Shown here one piece after another: positions 1 through 12,454 of a stretch of 64,000 nt of DNA. The DNA is from Octopus vulgaris (Eukaryota). A program made the translations under genes and the position numbers. The stretch lies in assembly GCA_951406725.2 (NCBI GenBank), contig OX597822.1:83700001-83764000 (forward strand). Reading direction: 5' to 3'. How positions within the stretch are numbered: the first letter of the stretch is position 1; each line of letters begins with the position of its first letter. Below the pieces are notes generated by a model, which was given only the letters and a program-made list of their open reading frames with translations, had not been told where the DNA came from and ran no database searches.

Positions 1-142
1 ATTGGTATGAACAACAAGCAAGCGTGTTCGTTTGACGCTCGGGAAAAAATGAAAAAGTCTCTTACGTTTCGAGCCTATTTATGTATGTATGTTTGTATGT
101 GTGTATATGTGTATGTACCTTTGAGTTATTGTGTCTGCGCGC

Positions 143-143
<1 letters not shown>

Positions 144-184
<41 letters not shown>

Positions 185-200
185 GTGTGTGTGTGTGTGT
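144..200. repeat. (GT)n microsatellite (another at 583-648)
   Basis: Direct dinucleotide run; explains the CVCVCV ORFs. Confidence 0.95.
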
Positions 201-580
201 TTGAGCCGATTTGTGTTTATTTTTGTCAGCGTGAAGTTTTGTGTGCGAATGTTTGTGCTCGTAAAGAAAAGTGCGATATCTGTTTGTATAAAGTGGGTTT
301 TTGGCTGGTGTTTTCTCTATCCGTATCGGCGAATTCCTGTGTCTCTCCTTTGTTTCGCTTTCCAGTTCGTTACAAGGCGAATGTATACGGGATGCGTATG
401 TATGTATAAGTGAGAATATATTCAATTGTACAAAATTTGTGTACCTTTGCCTTCATGCATTCATATTATGTGTGGGCGTCCGTTCTGTCTATTTGGCAGG
501 CTTTACTCAAAAGTGCGGGTGTCTAAGTTTGACAGTTTTGTTTATATTTAAGCATATTTATACTTACGCTTACATGTTGT

Positions 581-651
<71 letters not shown>

Positions 652-814
652 TGTTTGTGTGTCTGTGTGTGCATGTGTTTGTGTTTATATACTGAGAAGA
701 CGGCAAAGTCCACACGAGTGTTGTGTAACAGGGAAACTTGCTTCGTTTATGTGGGACAACTGTGTGTTGGATGTTTTCACAAGCGTTCTGCTTGGAGCTG
801 TAGATAACTGCGCT

Positions 815-1400
815 AGTGGTGGTGGTGGTGGTCGTTGTGGTGGTCGTGGTGGCGGCGGCGGTATTGGAGGCTGCGATGTAACTGATGCTGGCGGTGCGGA
901 TAATGATGATGTTCGTGATAGTGGTGACGATGGTATATCATCGGTGGTTATCACGGTGGTGGTTGTAGTGTTGGTGATGGTGATGGTGGTGATGGTGGTG
1001 GTAGTGGTCGGTGGTGGTGATGGTGGTGAGGCTGGTAGTGGTGATGGTGGTGATGGTGGTGGTCGTGGTGATGGTGATGATGGTAGTGGTGGTGGTGGTG
1101 GTGAGGCTGGTAGTGGTGATGGTGGTGGTCGTGGTGATGGTGGTGGTCGTGGTGATGGTGGTGGTCGTGGTGATGGTGGTGGTCGTGGTGATGGTGGTGG
1201 GGCTGGTAGTGGTGATAGTGGTGGTCGTGGTGATGGTGATGATGGTGGTGATGGTGGTGGTGATGGTGGTGGTGATGGTGGTGGTGATGGTGGTGGTGGG
1301 GCTGGTATTTGTGATGGTGGTGGTGTTGCTCGTTGTTGTGCTTGCTATGGTGGAGGTGGTGGTGATGCTCATAGAGGGTGTGGTAATGGCGAGGGCGGTG
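815..1400. repeat. Degenerate (GGT/GAT)n low-complexity tract with an embedded 18-bp unit GGTCGTGGTGATGGTGGT (about 4 tandem copies near 1126-1200)
   Basis: Direct reading of the tandem units. Confidence 0.85.
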
Positions 1401-1464
1401 GCGAGATTATTTTTGTTGTTGATTTTGGTGTATGTTGTTGTTGTTTTGCCTCAGGTCAGTCCCG

Positions 1465-1640
1465 ATCCAGTGGACCTATGGTGGAAAACATTCCAGCCAT
1501 GACCATCACATCTTCCATTATATGTAGTAAGTAGGACTGAGTAATCTATGCTCATTCTAAATTGAAAACGGCAGGGTGAGATTTGACGGACATTTGACTG
1601 CTATTTCTAGCGTGTGGAGCGACCACGTGCAAGTTCCCCT
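1465..1640 (+). repeat. Unclassified dispersed repeat (related degenerate copies near 47825-47985 and 50660-50900)
   Basis: Shared GATTTGRCTGCTATTTCTAG...GACCAC-like motif between copies. Confidence 0.4.
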
Positions 1641-2036
1641 GTTTATTCGAAGTTATAGACGCCGATGTCGATGGCGATGGATGAAGATACAGCAGTGGTA
1701 GTGGTGGTGGTGGTGGTGGTGATGAGGATGCTGATGATGCTGAAGGTGGTGGTAGTGGCGGGGGATGGTGTTAGCAGTGGTGACTTATTGAAGTAATCGA
1801 GTAGTTATTGCAGTTCTTGATATCTGTATAGGTGGAAGTGGCGGTGGCTGTGGTGGTGCTGATGCTGGTGATGATAATGATGGTGATTGGGTGGTGCTGA
1901 TGGTGGTGGTGGTGGTGGTGGTAAAGCGGAAGTTGTTGCTGTTGTTGTTTCAACGGTCAGCGAAACAGGTTGCGGCGAGTGTAACATTGTTGTCACACAT
2001 TCTATTCTTGGTGTAGTTTGTTGTTGTTGTTATTGC

Positions 2037-2079
<43 letters not shown>

Positions 2080-2418
2080 GTTGTTGTTGTTGTTGTGGTT
2101 GTTGTTGTTGTTGTTGTAACGGTGTAACGCTGTGGCCCCTTTCGTTGTTACTGTTATTATTATTATTTTCGTTATTGCTATTATTATTCTTGTTATTGTT
2201 TCAATTCTTAGCGATGATATTGCTGTTACTGATGTTGCCGTTATTAGTTAGTTAATTACTGTTGTTGGTGTTGTGTCAGTAAAAGTGATGGTTGCAGCGG
2301 TGCCGTAACGTTTGCCGTAACTTTTTCAATAGCGCTGATATTAATAATGTTTTTAACACAAACTCTGTTACTTGTTCTTTATCAATGAAACTGATGACGG
2401 CAGGAGTGACGTTGCCGG

Positions 2419-2497
2419 CGTTCTAACGTCGTAGCGTTCTAACGTTGTCACGTTCTAACGTCGTCGCGTTCTAACGTCGTCGCGTTCTAACGTTAGC
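2419..2497. repeat. 16-bp minisatellite CGTTCTAACGTCGTCG, about 5 copies
   Basis: Tandem units read directly; no spacers. Confidence 0.9.
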
Positions 2498-2563
2498 GTA
2501 TTACAATGTTGTAACTTTAGCGCGAAGTTGTAACGCGCTAACGTTGTAAAGTTGTTGTTATGA

Positions 2564-3122
2564 CAGGCGCAAGAGTGGCCGTCCGGGAATTAGTTTACTT
2601 CCGAACCAGATGGTTCCGGGTTCAATCCCACTGAGTGACACCTTCGGCAAATGTCTTCCACTATAGCCCCGAGAAGTTTAAAGCCTTGTGAGTGGATTTG
2701 GTAAACGGAAACTGAAAGAAGCTAGACGTATGTGTGTGTGCGTGTCGGTGTTTGTCCCCCACCACCGCTAAAAAGTTACGGTGATAAAGAAGACTGTGGG
2801 AACAAATTTGGCAATTTTTGGCAAAATATGTACCCTTTTACCAAAAGTTAGTGAAATATTTAAAGTGTTTACAGTTGGATAGATAGACAAATATAACAAA
2901 ATAATTTGATAAAAAATGTGAATTTTTAATTATTTTCTGAGATTTTACAAAAACAAAAAAAAAAAAAAAAAACTCAGGTGATCGGCAACAGAGAAACCGA
3001 TAGAATAAGTAACATGCTTGTAACAATAAGATCCGGTGTCGATTCATTCGACAAAAAATTATTTAAGGTGGTGCCCCAGCATGGCCGCAGTCTAATAACT
3101 GATACAAGTAAAAGATAAAGCC
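2564..3122 (+). mobile_element. tRNA-derived SINE, family 2 (CORE-like centre, internal (TG)n), interrupted by an unrelated AT-rich insert at about 2771-2980
   Basis: B-box GGTTCAATCCC, GCCTTGTGAGTGGATTTGG body and CCAGCATGGCCGCAGTC...CAAGTAAAAGA tail shared with copies at 5710 and 28380. Confidence 0.8.
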
Positions 3123-3514
3123 ATAAAAGGTAACTGTTGATTGTTGTAGTTGTTGTTGCTGTTTGTTGTGAGCGAGAGTGGGAGCACGAGTAACATTTTA
3201 ATGTTGCAAACTTGTTAATGTTCGCTCCAACAAACTGATGATTGTTTTTTATCGTTGTTGTTGTTGTCATTGAAAGTTGCAGCGGCGCGGCGGCGGCGGT
3301 GATGTTAGCATTGTACAGTTGTACTGCTGCTGTTGTTGCTGTTGTTGTTGTTGTTGCCGATTTAATTTTTGTTATGGTTGTTGTTGTTGTTGTTGTTGTT
3401 GGTTGGTGGTGGTGGTGGTGGTGATGTAATAATTTAGTGAGTGTCGTCGTCGTCGTTGTTATTTTTGTAGCTACTAACGTCGCCGCCCTTATGACTCACT
3501 AACGTTGTCACCTT

Positions 3515-3693
3515 AATGATGATAATGATGATTATGGTGATGGTGGTGGTGGTAGTGGTGGTGGTGGTGGTGGTGGTGGTGGTGGTGGTGGTGGTGGTGG
3601 TGGTGGTGATGATGATGATGATGATGATAGTGATGATGCTGATGACGATGATGGTGATAATAATGATGATGATGATGATGGTGTTGGTGGGGG

Positions 3694-3724
<31 letters not shown>

Positions 3725-3790
3725 AATGGTGATGATGATGGTGGTGGTGATGATGATGATGATTATTATGACGACGATGGTGATGATGTC
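3515..3790. repeat. (GGT)n/(GAT)n trinucleotide tract
   Basis: Direct. Confidence 0.9.
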
Positions 3791-3961
3791 GGTATAATAA
3801 TTAAATGTTGATGCTGTTGTTGATGGCGACGGTGTTGATTTGTTCTTGTTATTGTTATTGTTGTTGGTGGTGATGTTATTTTTTGTTGTTAGTGGTGGTA
3901 GTTTTGTTGATGTTGTTGCTGTCGGTGATGGCGATGGTGGTGGCGGTGGCGGTGGTGGTGG

Positions 3962-4190
3962 TGGTAGCTGGCAGAAACGTTAGCACGCCGGGCGAAATGC
4001 GTAGCCGTATTTCGTCTGCCGTTACGTTGTGAGTTCAAATTCCGCCGAGGTCGACTTTGCCTTTCATCCTTTCGGGGTCGATAAATTAAGTACCAGTTAC
4101 GCACTGGGGTCGATGTAATCGACTTAATACCTATGTCTGTCCTTGTTTGTCCCCTCTGTGTTTAGTCCCTTGTGGGTAATAAAGAAATAG
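3962..4190 (+). mobile_element. tRNA-derived SINE, family 1 (Meta-like central domain), tail type A
   Basis: AGCTGGCAGAAACGTTAGC head, GAGTTCAAATTCC B-box, GGTCGACTTTGCCTTTCATCCTTTCGGGGTCGATAAATTAAGTACCAG core; many copies in the window. Confidence 0.9.
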
Positions 4191-4322
4191 GTATACTCTC
4201 TTTCCCCGTGCCAGTACTCAGAAAAGAGTACGGGCACGAGTAAACGGTTTGATGATATAACTGTCGTTGATAAGAGTACAGTGTCGATACGGTCAATGTT
4301 GTTGCTGCTGATGACAATGGCA

Positions 4323-4366
<44 letters not shown>

Positions 4367-4789
4367 AGCAGCGTCGACGACAATGATGATGCTGATGATG
4401 CGATGATGTTAGAAATGCTGTAACTGCATTTGATAATAATCGATCTAAAAACTATTACTGTTGTCGCTCTTGCAGTTTTTCACCCTATCGCTTTCAACTT
4501 GATACTGATGATGATGATGGTGGTGGTGGTGGTGGTGGTGGTGGTGGAGGAGGAGGAGGAGATGGTGGGGAAATTTTAATGGTTCTGTACATAATTCTAG
4601 TTGTATCGATGGTTGTGGTGGTGGTGGTGGTTTTGAGAGCGCGATGGTATATTGATGACAGTAATAATGATAGTGATCGTATGGCAGATATTGATAGTGT
4701 TGTTGTTGTTGTTTGTAGTGGTAGTGGTGGTGGTGGTGCTGACGATGCCGTTCTGCTTTGTTTATAGCTACTTTGGTTCTTGCTGTTAC

Positions 4790-4843
<54 letters not shown>

Positions 4844-4903
4844 TAAGCTATTTCATAGTAGGGGTCAAACGATTATATCGGTCCCGAAGGGATGAAGGCA
4901 AAT

Positions 4904-5000
<97 letters not shown>

Positions 5001-5043
5001 TGTTAAGCAATTTCGTAGTAAGGGATAAAGACAAAGTAGTAGC

Positions 5044-5095
<52 letters not shown>

Positions 5096-5130
5096 AGAGG
5101 AGGAGGAGGAGGAGGAGGAGGAGGAGGAGA
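4790..5130. repeat. (TAG)n and (GGA)n microsatellites
   Basis: Direct. Confidence 0.9.
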
Positions 5131-5265
5131 AGGAGGACGACGACGACGACGTGGAGAGAGAAAGAGTTACTTTTCTGTTGATTTTACATCGAATCTGTGT
5201 GTGTGTTTAGTCCCAGTCACACATCACTCATCAAAGACAGCAAACGGCATTCCAAGCTTGACGAA

Positions 5266-5420
5266 CATGGCAGAAACGCTAGCACACTGGGCAAAATGCT
5301 TAACGGAATTTCTTCCGTTTTTACGTTCTGAGTTCTAATTCAACCGAGGCTGACTTTGCCTTCATCCCTTCGGGACCGATGTAATCGTTTAACCCCTACT
5401 ACGAAACTGCTTAACCCCAA
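5266..5420 (+). mobile_element. SINE family 1, degenerate copy
   Basis: TGGCAGAAACGCTAGC...GACTTTGCCTTCATCCC similarity to 3962-4190. Confidence 0.75.
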
Positions 5421-5439
5421 ACCCAAACCCAAATCCATT

Positions 5440-5669
5440 ATCATTATTATTCGATGAAAACTCACAGTATATTTTGCTTGGTATGATGGAAAGTGTCAGC
5501 TGTCCACAGCCAGCAGACTAAGGTGAAACTTGTTTACTGGTCATGCTTCAAGAACCCTGCGAAGAATTCTTGCAGTTCCAAGCAATACTGATTTCTGTAG
5601 GTGTTCTACCTTCACACTTGCACCAATCTTTTTCAGCCATGCTGGTAGTTGAGTGCTGATACTTCCAAT
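5440..5669 (-). mobile_element. R4/Dong-type RLE LINE, extreme 3' fragment
   Basis: Minus strand reads IGSISTQLPAWLKKIGASVKVEHLQKSVLLGTARILRRVLEA*, the typical RLE C-terminus, then a 3' UTR ending in a short AAT repeat. Confidence 0.8.
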
Positions 5670-5709
5670 TTAAAAGTCACTAGTTCGTGCGATTCCATGA
5701 TTCTATTTC

Positions 5710-6054
5710 AAGTAATGCTTTCCAACCACATGGTTCCGGTTCAGTTCCGCTGCGTGGCAACTTGGGCAGATGTCTTCTACTATAGCCTCTGGCCGATCAA
5801 AGCCTTGTGAGTGGATTTGGTAAACGGAAACTGGAAGAAGCCCGTCGTATATGTGTGTTTGTGTTTGTCCTTCCGTCACCGCTTGACAAACGGTGTTAGT
5901 GTGTTTACGTCCCCACACCGTTGTGATTCGACAAAGAGACCGCTGGAATAAATGCTAGGGTTTAAAAATATGTTCTTGGGTCGATTTGTTCGACTAAAAC
6001 CCTTCAAGGCGGTGCTCCAGCATGGCTGCATTGAAATGACTGAAAAAATATAAG

Positions 6055-6055
<1 letters not shown>
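5710..6055 (+). mobile_element. SINE family 2
   Basis: Collinear with 28380-28905. Confidence 0.85.
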
Positions 6056-6120
<65 letters not shown>

Positions 6121-6265
6121 TAAGTATATATATATATGTACATATATATATATATATATAATTATATATATATATATTTATATATATGTATGTATGTATG
6201 TATATGCATATGTATATATATATCATACATGCCTGCATATAAATACACACACACACGCACCCACC

Positions 6266-6340
<75 letters not shown>

Positions 6341-6348
6341 GCATATAT

Positions 6349-6700
6349 GGGTACAAGACATCACCAATGGTGCAAATAACATGAAATACGAAAACAAACG
6401 AGTTAAATACATAAACAACATGACAAAATAGAAAACAGGAAAAGTAAACACAGAGAAAGGACCCTTCATCAGTTGTCGGCTGTCTATCTACACCTCATTT
6501 CGAGCATTCAACGACAATATGTGTCTTCAAAGACAATTGCATCCATGATTTCTAACATCAAATTTAGGATTTATGGAGGGTCAAATTTGGGAACCAAAAC
6601 GACAGCGGAGGCATACGAGAAAACTGAACGAAAACCAACATGGAGGGTCGTTAGACGAGAACGTGAGGAAAATAGTGAGTGTTGGGAGAAATATTTTTTT
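6349..6700 (-). mobile_element. Penelope pseudo-LTR-like short element abutting (TA)n; internally deleted relative at 53829-53903
   Basis: Shared terminus GTACARGACATCACCAAT next to (TA)n; decayed hammerhead-like motifs on the minus strand. Confidence 0.5.
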
Positions 6701-7574
6701 TCATTTTGAAAAGAGAAAAGATAGAAGAGAGTGAGAAAAACACGCCCGCATTCAACTAAGCACATGTGCGCACGCATTCCACCAGACACAGTCACATTCA
6801 ACGATATACAAACATTCACACATACATACACACACACACACACACATGCACACACAGACACATAAAATATTTTGAGAAATGCTGGCAATTACCATTAGGC
6901 TTTTGCTTGCATTCTTCAACTAAAAGGAAATTTGGAATGAATTGCTGTGTATTAATTAACTTCAGTTAATTGAAATTTTCGTTCATTTTATTTTCTAATC
7001 AGGAAGATTTTTACGTTGCGAGGGCTTTACACGGCAGCATAACCCGTAAAATACCTAATGAAATACGAAAGGTAACTTCATGCATGGTACAGTCCCCAAC
7101 TCGAGTTATCTCACTTTCCGAATTGCAGCTGATCCTTAAAGCGATTAACTTTGCAGGAGTTTCTTTTTATTTTGCAACAACAATAGTTCTGTGAATAGAA
7201 CTTCGAGAGAGAAAGCTTTCATCTCTCCTAATTCTCATCTAAATCTCGTCCAAACCTATCCGTTACCATCATTTCAAGTCCGCCATCTCGCATAGACACA
7301 CACCATGTGCCAATGCGCCTGCTGCCGCTTCAGACCAACGAGCTCCTCTCCTACTCTGACAATGTCCCTCTAATTAGCCGGAAACACTGTGTCCCACTGC
7401 TAGTTCCTACGCTTGTCACGCTCTTCAAGTCAATGAAGCGATTCCCTCGGCCATGGTCAGCATTGGCTGTAACAGGAGAGAGAAGAAGAGCGATCCAGAG
7501 AAGTAACAACGGGAGCAAATCCGACGATTACTATTTTTTTATTATTTTGTCTGTCGTTCTCAACGATGATTAAA

Positions 7575-8030
7575 GACATCACATGGAAGAAGACGGGGTA
7601 TGGTGTGTCCAGCTGTAGCCAATCAGTCCGTTGGGTATTCAGGAGGTAGCGTAGGTCGGTCATTGATGGTTTGCTGCGACTGAAGGCAAGGGGTTGACTT
7701 TGGACTTGTGGAGTTCGTGTTTTCTTTGACTCCCACTGCAATCCTGATCCGTTCGTAGGAGGCGACACCTCAATTAGCGTAGCTTCGCCAGGCAAGGCAG
7801 TCTTATGCTTGTATTTACCTCATGTCGAGGTTAATCTCAAAGCTCTTCAGCGAGGCTTTAAGTGTGTCCGTTGGGCGCTTTTTCTGTCCACCTTGCATGC
7901 GCTTAGCTTCCGCCATTACGATGTGAAACAGTTACTTGTGAGTCGCATATCAAGCGATCGAACAAGGTGGCCTTCCCCACTGACTTGCACTCCTCTTAGC
8001 AGTGTTGATTACTAACTTGTTGAGTAATGT
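7575..8030 (-). mobile_element. RTE-clade LINE 3' relic
   Basis: Minus strand reads GHLVRSLDMRL...LFHIVMAEAKRMQGGQKKRPTDTLKASLKSFEINLD...LAWRS, resembling the RTE C-terminal GGQKKRFKDTLK motif; stops and frameshifts present. Confidence 0.75.
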
Positions 8031-8379
8031 CGGAGCGCTATTGTAGTATGCAAAATCAGCTATCGATTAAATTCATCGCCTTCTTTAACCAAGAAATACC
8101 AGCAGGTATCCTCTGTAGGGCAGCTGTATTATAGAAGGCTGTGTGAAAGCAAAGAACTGTGAACTAACACATTCCTCTTTGGCTACGTTTTCATTAACTA
8201 AACTTCTAATTCAGTGAAGAGAGAGTGGTTCGCTCTTCCAGTGAATCGTCTGAAAATGGAGTGAGAGTGTCGAAATCGGTTCGTGTCAAGGCATCAATCC
8301 TCAGCAAACGCACATAGGCCAGATAATACTGGTGACTGTGGCTACTAGTGTTTCATAGTTTTAATAATCTAGCATGGAT

Positions 8380-8944
8380 AAGGCGGCGAGCCTTATCCAT
8401 GGCATGGCTCAGTGGTTAGATCGTCGAGCTTACCATCGAAAGTTTGTGAGCTCGAATCCCGGACCGGGCTGCGTGTTGTGTTCTTGAGCAAGACACTTTA
8501 TTTCACGTTGCTCCAGTTCACTCAGCTGTAGAAATGAGTTGCGACGTCACAGGTGCCAAGCTGTATCGGCCCCTTTGTCTTTCCTTTGGATAACATCAGT
8601 GGTGTGGAGAGGGGAGGCTGGTATGCATGGACGACTGCTGGTCTTCCATAAACAACCTTGCCCGACTTGTGCCTTGGAGGGTAACTTTCTAGGTGCAATA
8701 CCATGGTCTGTGTCGTGACCGAAGAGGTCTCAAGGCGGCGACCCGGTAGAAACGTTAGCACGCCGGGCGAAATGCTTAGTGATATTTCGTCTGTCTTTAT
8801 GTTCTGGGTTCGAATTCCGCTGCGGTCGACTTTGCCTTTCATTCTTGCAGGTTTATAGATTAAGTACCAGTTGCGTCCTGGGGTCGATCTAATCGACTGG
8901 TGCCCTCCCCCAAAATTGCCAGCCTTGTGTCTAGAGTAGAAACG
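8380..8944 (+). mobile_element. SINE family 1, tail type B (host of the nested insertion)
   Basis: Head/core as at 3962; tail CCCCCAAAATT...CTTGTGTCTAGAGTAGAA; TSD AATAAT(T)CTAGCATG at 8363-8376 and 8945-8959. Confidence 0.85.
8401..8731 (+). mobile_element. tRNA-derived SINE, family 4, nested in the head of a family-1 SINE
   Basis: A-box TGGCTCAGTGG, B-box GAGCTCGAATCCC, CTTGAGCAAGACACTTT core; TSD AAGGCGGCGA at 8380-8389 and 8732-8741. Confidence 0.85.
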
Positions 8945-9562
8945 AATAATTCTAGCATGTGTGCGGTTTCCTGATTGTATTCTGCTGACTGTGTTACCTG
9001 TAATACTTTTATGTGTACTTTCATTTTTAATTCGTCTAAATTTTTATATAATCAGTTCTGCGTAACATACACCATTTTATTTTATTATAAATTCTTTTGT
9101 TACTCATGATATATTGTCCACCCGTCGGCCCTAAAACTGAAGAGAAACTAGTATGATGGTAATGTCTCACACAGTAGCTCAGCGTAGCCGTCGTCGTGGC
9201 AGTGCAACCGCCGTCGCCGCATCTCTTCCTGGTACCACCACCACCACCACCACCACCACCGCCGCCGCTGCTACTGTATATCTGTTATCGCTGATTCTTC
9301 ATCGTTGCTTACAGTTTTCCTATACTTACTTTAACAGCTGGCATAGTGCGCTGCTGCCGGCACATTCCACTAACACATAAGCACGCGAACGTAGACACAT
9401 ACAATCACACAACACATACACTCACATACACCCCATTTGTCATATTGCGCGCTCTCCTCTCCCCGCTCACCTACCTTCCACTTTTGCTCTCTTCTTTATC
9501 TCGTCTCTTTTTTCTCTTCCCCCATCTTCCCCATACACTCACGTATACACACATACGTATAA

Positions 9563-9630
<68 letters not shown>

Positions 9631-10219
9631 ATGTGTGTGTATGTTTGTATATATATATATATATATATAAACATACATACATATGAGCATTATATGTATA
9701 TGTATATGTATATATATATATACATATGAACATTATATGTATATGTGCGTGTGTGTAATATTGCACACACACACACTCTCACACATGCACACACTCACAC
9801 GTACACACACTCACACATACGCGATATAACCTACAAAGTTACTGTCCACATTTCAAATATGCAAACGAATAAATCATCGAACGCTCATGTATTAAGAGAA
9901 AACAAAAAAAGAAGACTGCAGATCGGTTCTCAGTTAGTTGAAGGTCATTCGAATGATGTTCCTGCAGGTCCTTAGCTCAAACAACTAAACACAGGACACA
10001 AAAAAATACATAAGCGAACATAACGATGCTGGAAAGATGTATCTGAGCGAGAAAAAATAAGAAAAGATGGAAGTAAATACAAGACGCGAGATGTATATTT
10101 AATGTCATGGCCATCCATAGGCCAACAGTGTTATACCTGCTGGGGTGTCTGTTCAATAATTAAGTTCGTTAGAGATCGACAGAAAGAATGCACACACGGA
10201 ATACTTACATCGTACAGAC

Positions 10220-10284
10220 ATATATGAACACACATGCACATACATACATATACATATACACGCACAGACATATACATGTATGCT

Positions 10285-10316
<32 letters not shown>

Positions 10317-10886
10317 AATACATACATACATACATACATACATACATACATACATACATACATACATACATACATACGTATATAAATACGCACATAGATG
10401 CAAGCACACATGGATATATCCATATATACATTTATACATCAAAAATACATACATACCAGCGCACACATACGTATGTAGATACGTACACACATGCATATAT
10501 ACATACACACATATATATGCATGCATTCATACATGCATACATACACGTATCATACATACATATATACACACATATAAACACACATATATGCATATACTCA
10601 TACGCATACATATAAACATATACATACACACATATACGTACACACATACACGCATACATACATACAGACAGACATATATATACATCCATGCGTACTTACA
10701 AACATACACACATACATACACATACATACACGCATACACACATACATACATACATAAATGTATACATACATACAAACATACATACATACAAACAAACATA
10801 CATACATACATACATACATACATACATACATACATACATACATACATACATACATACATACATACATACATACATACATACATACA

Positions 10887-10920
<34 letters not shown>

Positions 10921-10932
10921 CATACATACATG
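10220..10932. repeat. Compound (TACA)n/(CA)n microsatellite field
   Basis: Direct. Confidence 0.95.
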
Positions 10933-10939
10933 CATCAGT

Positions 10940-11388
10940 TCACCTATGCTGAACTTTGAGAAATCTGCAGTTACTCAATTCAGATTACAAGTTCAGGTTT
11001 ACACCTGTAATTACTGGAGCTCAGCAATATGCAACACAATGCCTAAATGACGATCTTGAGAAATTAGGCTTCTTAAAATCAGAAAGTAGAAAAGCTAATT
11101 CGTAGACTACAGATCCAATCCCTCACTGGAACTGTAAAAATTTGTTAAAACTTTCCAGAAGCTTATCATTTAAATATATATGAGCATGTCTAGCTATGCA
11201 ACTATATGCATGAGAATACATACATAAAACATGCAAATCTGCACATACATACATACATGCATACACATATACATACAAACAAAAATACTCTGTTGATGTT
11301 GAAATTCCACTAAAGGATCCTTGGATCTACGTTAGAAATCGGTTCTTTCTCTATTGACAACAAATCCTGAAATAAACTGAATAATGAT
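10940..11388 (+). mobile_element. RLE LINE 3' fragment, (TACA)n-associated family
   Basis: Collinear with 57358-57985 (TYAEL..RNLQLL...LIRRLQIQS and the same 3' UTR). Confidence 0.85.
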
Positions 11389-11481
11389 ATATATGTATAT
11401 ATATGAAAGAAATTATTGTATACAGTGTTTAGGTGCACTACAACACACACACATATATATATATGTATATATATACATACA

Positions 11482-11536
<55 letters not shown>

Positions 11537-11637
11537 GTGAGAGTTACTTAATACAGTCTTTGAAATGGAAAGGTGATTTTAAAAAAATATTCATTTTAAA
11601 AATGTTATAAAATCTCTGAAGAAAACGTTACTAAGCT

Positions 11638-11737
11638 TTTTGGGGAAGAATAAATTTTTCTAATGTGTGTGCACTTTCGTTTAACCTTTTCAACACACAC
11701 ACATACACACATACATACACACTTATATATATGTATG

Positions 11738-11768
<31 letters not shown>

Positions 11769-11857
11769 CTGTGTGTGTGTGTGCATCTGTGTATGTGTGC
11801 GTTGAAAAGGTTAAACGAAAGCGCACACACTAGAAAAATTTTTTCTTCCCCCAAAAG
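11638..11857. repeat. About 56-bp inverted repeat (11638-11693 / 11801-11857) flanking a CA/TA/TG microsatellite
   Basis: CTTTTTGGGGAAGAA...TTTCGTTTAACCTTTTCAAC versus its reverse complement. Confidence 0.9.
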
Positions 11858-11893
11858 GTAGAAAATGCTTAAATAATTTTATAAAAAGCACTT

Positions 11894-11929
11894 CAGTACC
11901 AGTTTCAGTCATTGAGACTTTTTCAACTG
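11894..11929 (-). ncRNA. Putative minimal hammerhead ribozyme, U3-A8 core variant
   Basis: CAG-TTGAAAA-AGTC(TCAAT)GACT-GAAA-CTG-GTA-CTG gives stem I, core, stem II, GAAA, short stem III, GUA site and stem I. Confidence 0.6.
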
Positions 11930-12418
11930 TAATAAGTATGGAAAACAATTAAATTTTGGGAAAATTAAAAGAAAAGATTTTTGAAAGAATATTTGCATAG
12001 TATTCAAATACAAGAGGCATTTTCCTAGTTTCTGCCTGTATCTATCTCTCTTGTTTACTCTTGTGGGTTCGAGGTCGTTATGAATTCTTTGTAGGGAAGA
12101 AGAAGAAGAAGAAGAAGAAGAAGAAGAAGAAGAAGAAGAAGAAGAAGAAGAAGAAGAAGAAGAAGAAGAAGAAGAAGAAGAGTGCCGTGATAGTACTATC
12201 ATGGCACTCTCGCATTCTCCTTCTTCTTCTTCTTCTTCTTCTTCCTCACCTTCTTCCCTACAAAGAATTCACAACGACCTCAAACCCACAAGAGTAAACA
12301 AGAGATATAGAAAGAGGCAGAAAGAAGAAAAATGCCCGTCGTATTTGAACACTATGCACATATTTTTTTTTAAACTTTTCTTTTAATTTTTCCAAAATTT
12401 AATTATTTTCCATACTTA

Positions 12419-12454
12419 GAGTTGAAAAAGTCTGAATGACTGAAACCGGTACTG
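12419..12454 (+). ncRNA. Putative minimal hammerhead ribozyme, U3-A8 core variant
   Basis: GAG-TTGAAAA-AGTC(TGAAT)GACT-GAAA-CCG-GTA-CTG; palindromic stem III ACCGGT. Confidence 0.6.

Noticed and set aside
685-1345. Pro/Ser/Thr-rich open frame on the minus strand, and Gly-rich ORF 587-1534 on the plus strand
   Set aside because: Open in several frames on both strands because of the GGT repeat; no domain, start context or convincing splice partner. Only RNA-seq could rescue it.
2419-2497. CRISPR-like short repeat array
   Set aside because: Units are directly adjacent with no unique spacers; no cas genes; eukaryotic context.
5412-5436. Telomere-like (AAACCC)n, and TAAACCCTAACCTAAC near 22551
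   Set aside because: Only 2-3 imperfect units.
8998-9024. Mini-exon MKVHIKVLQ (ubiquitin-like start) on the minus strand
   Set aside because: Only 9 codons, and no compatible downstream coding exon was found.
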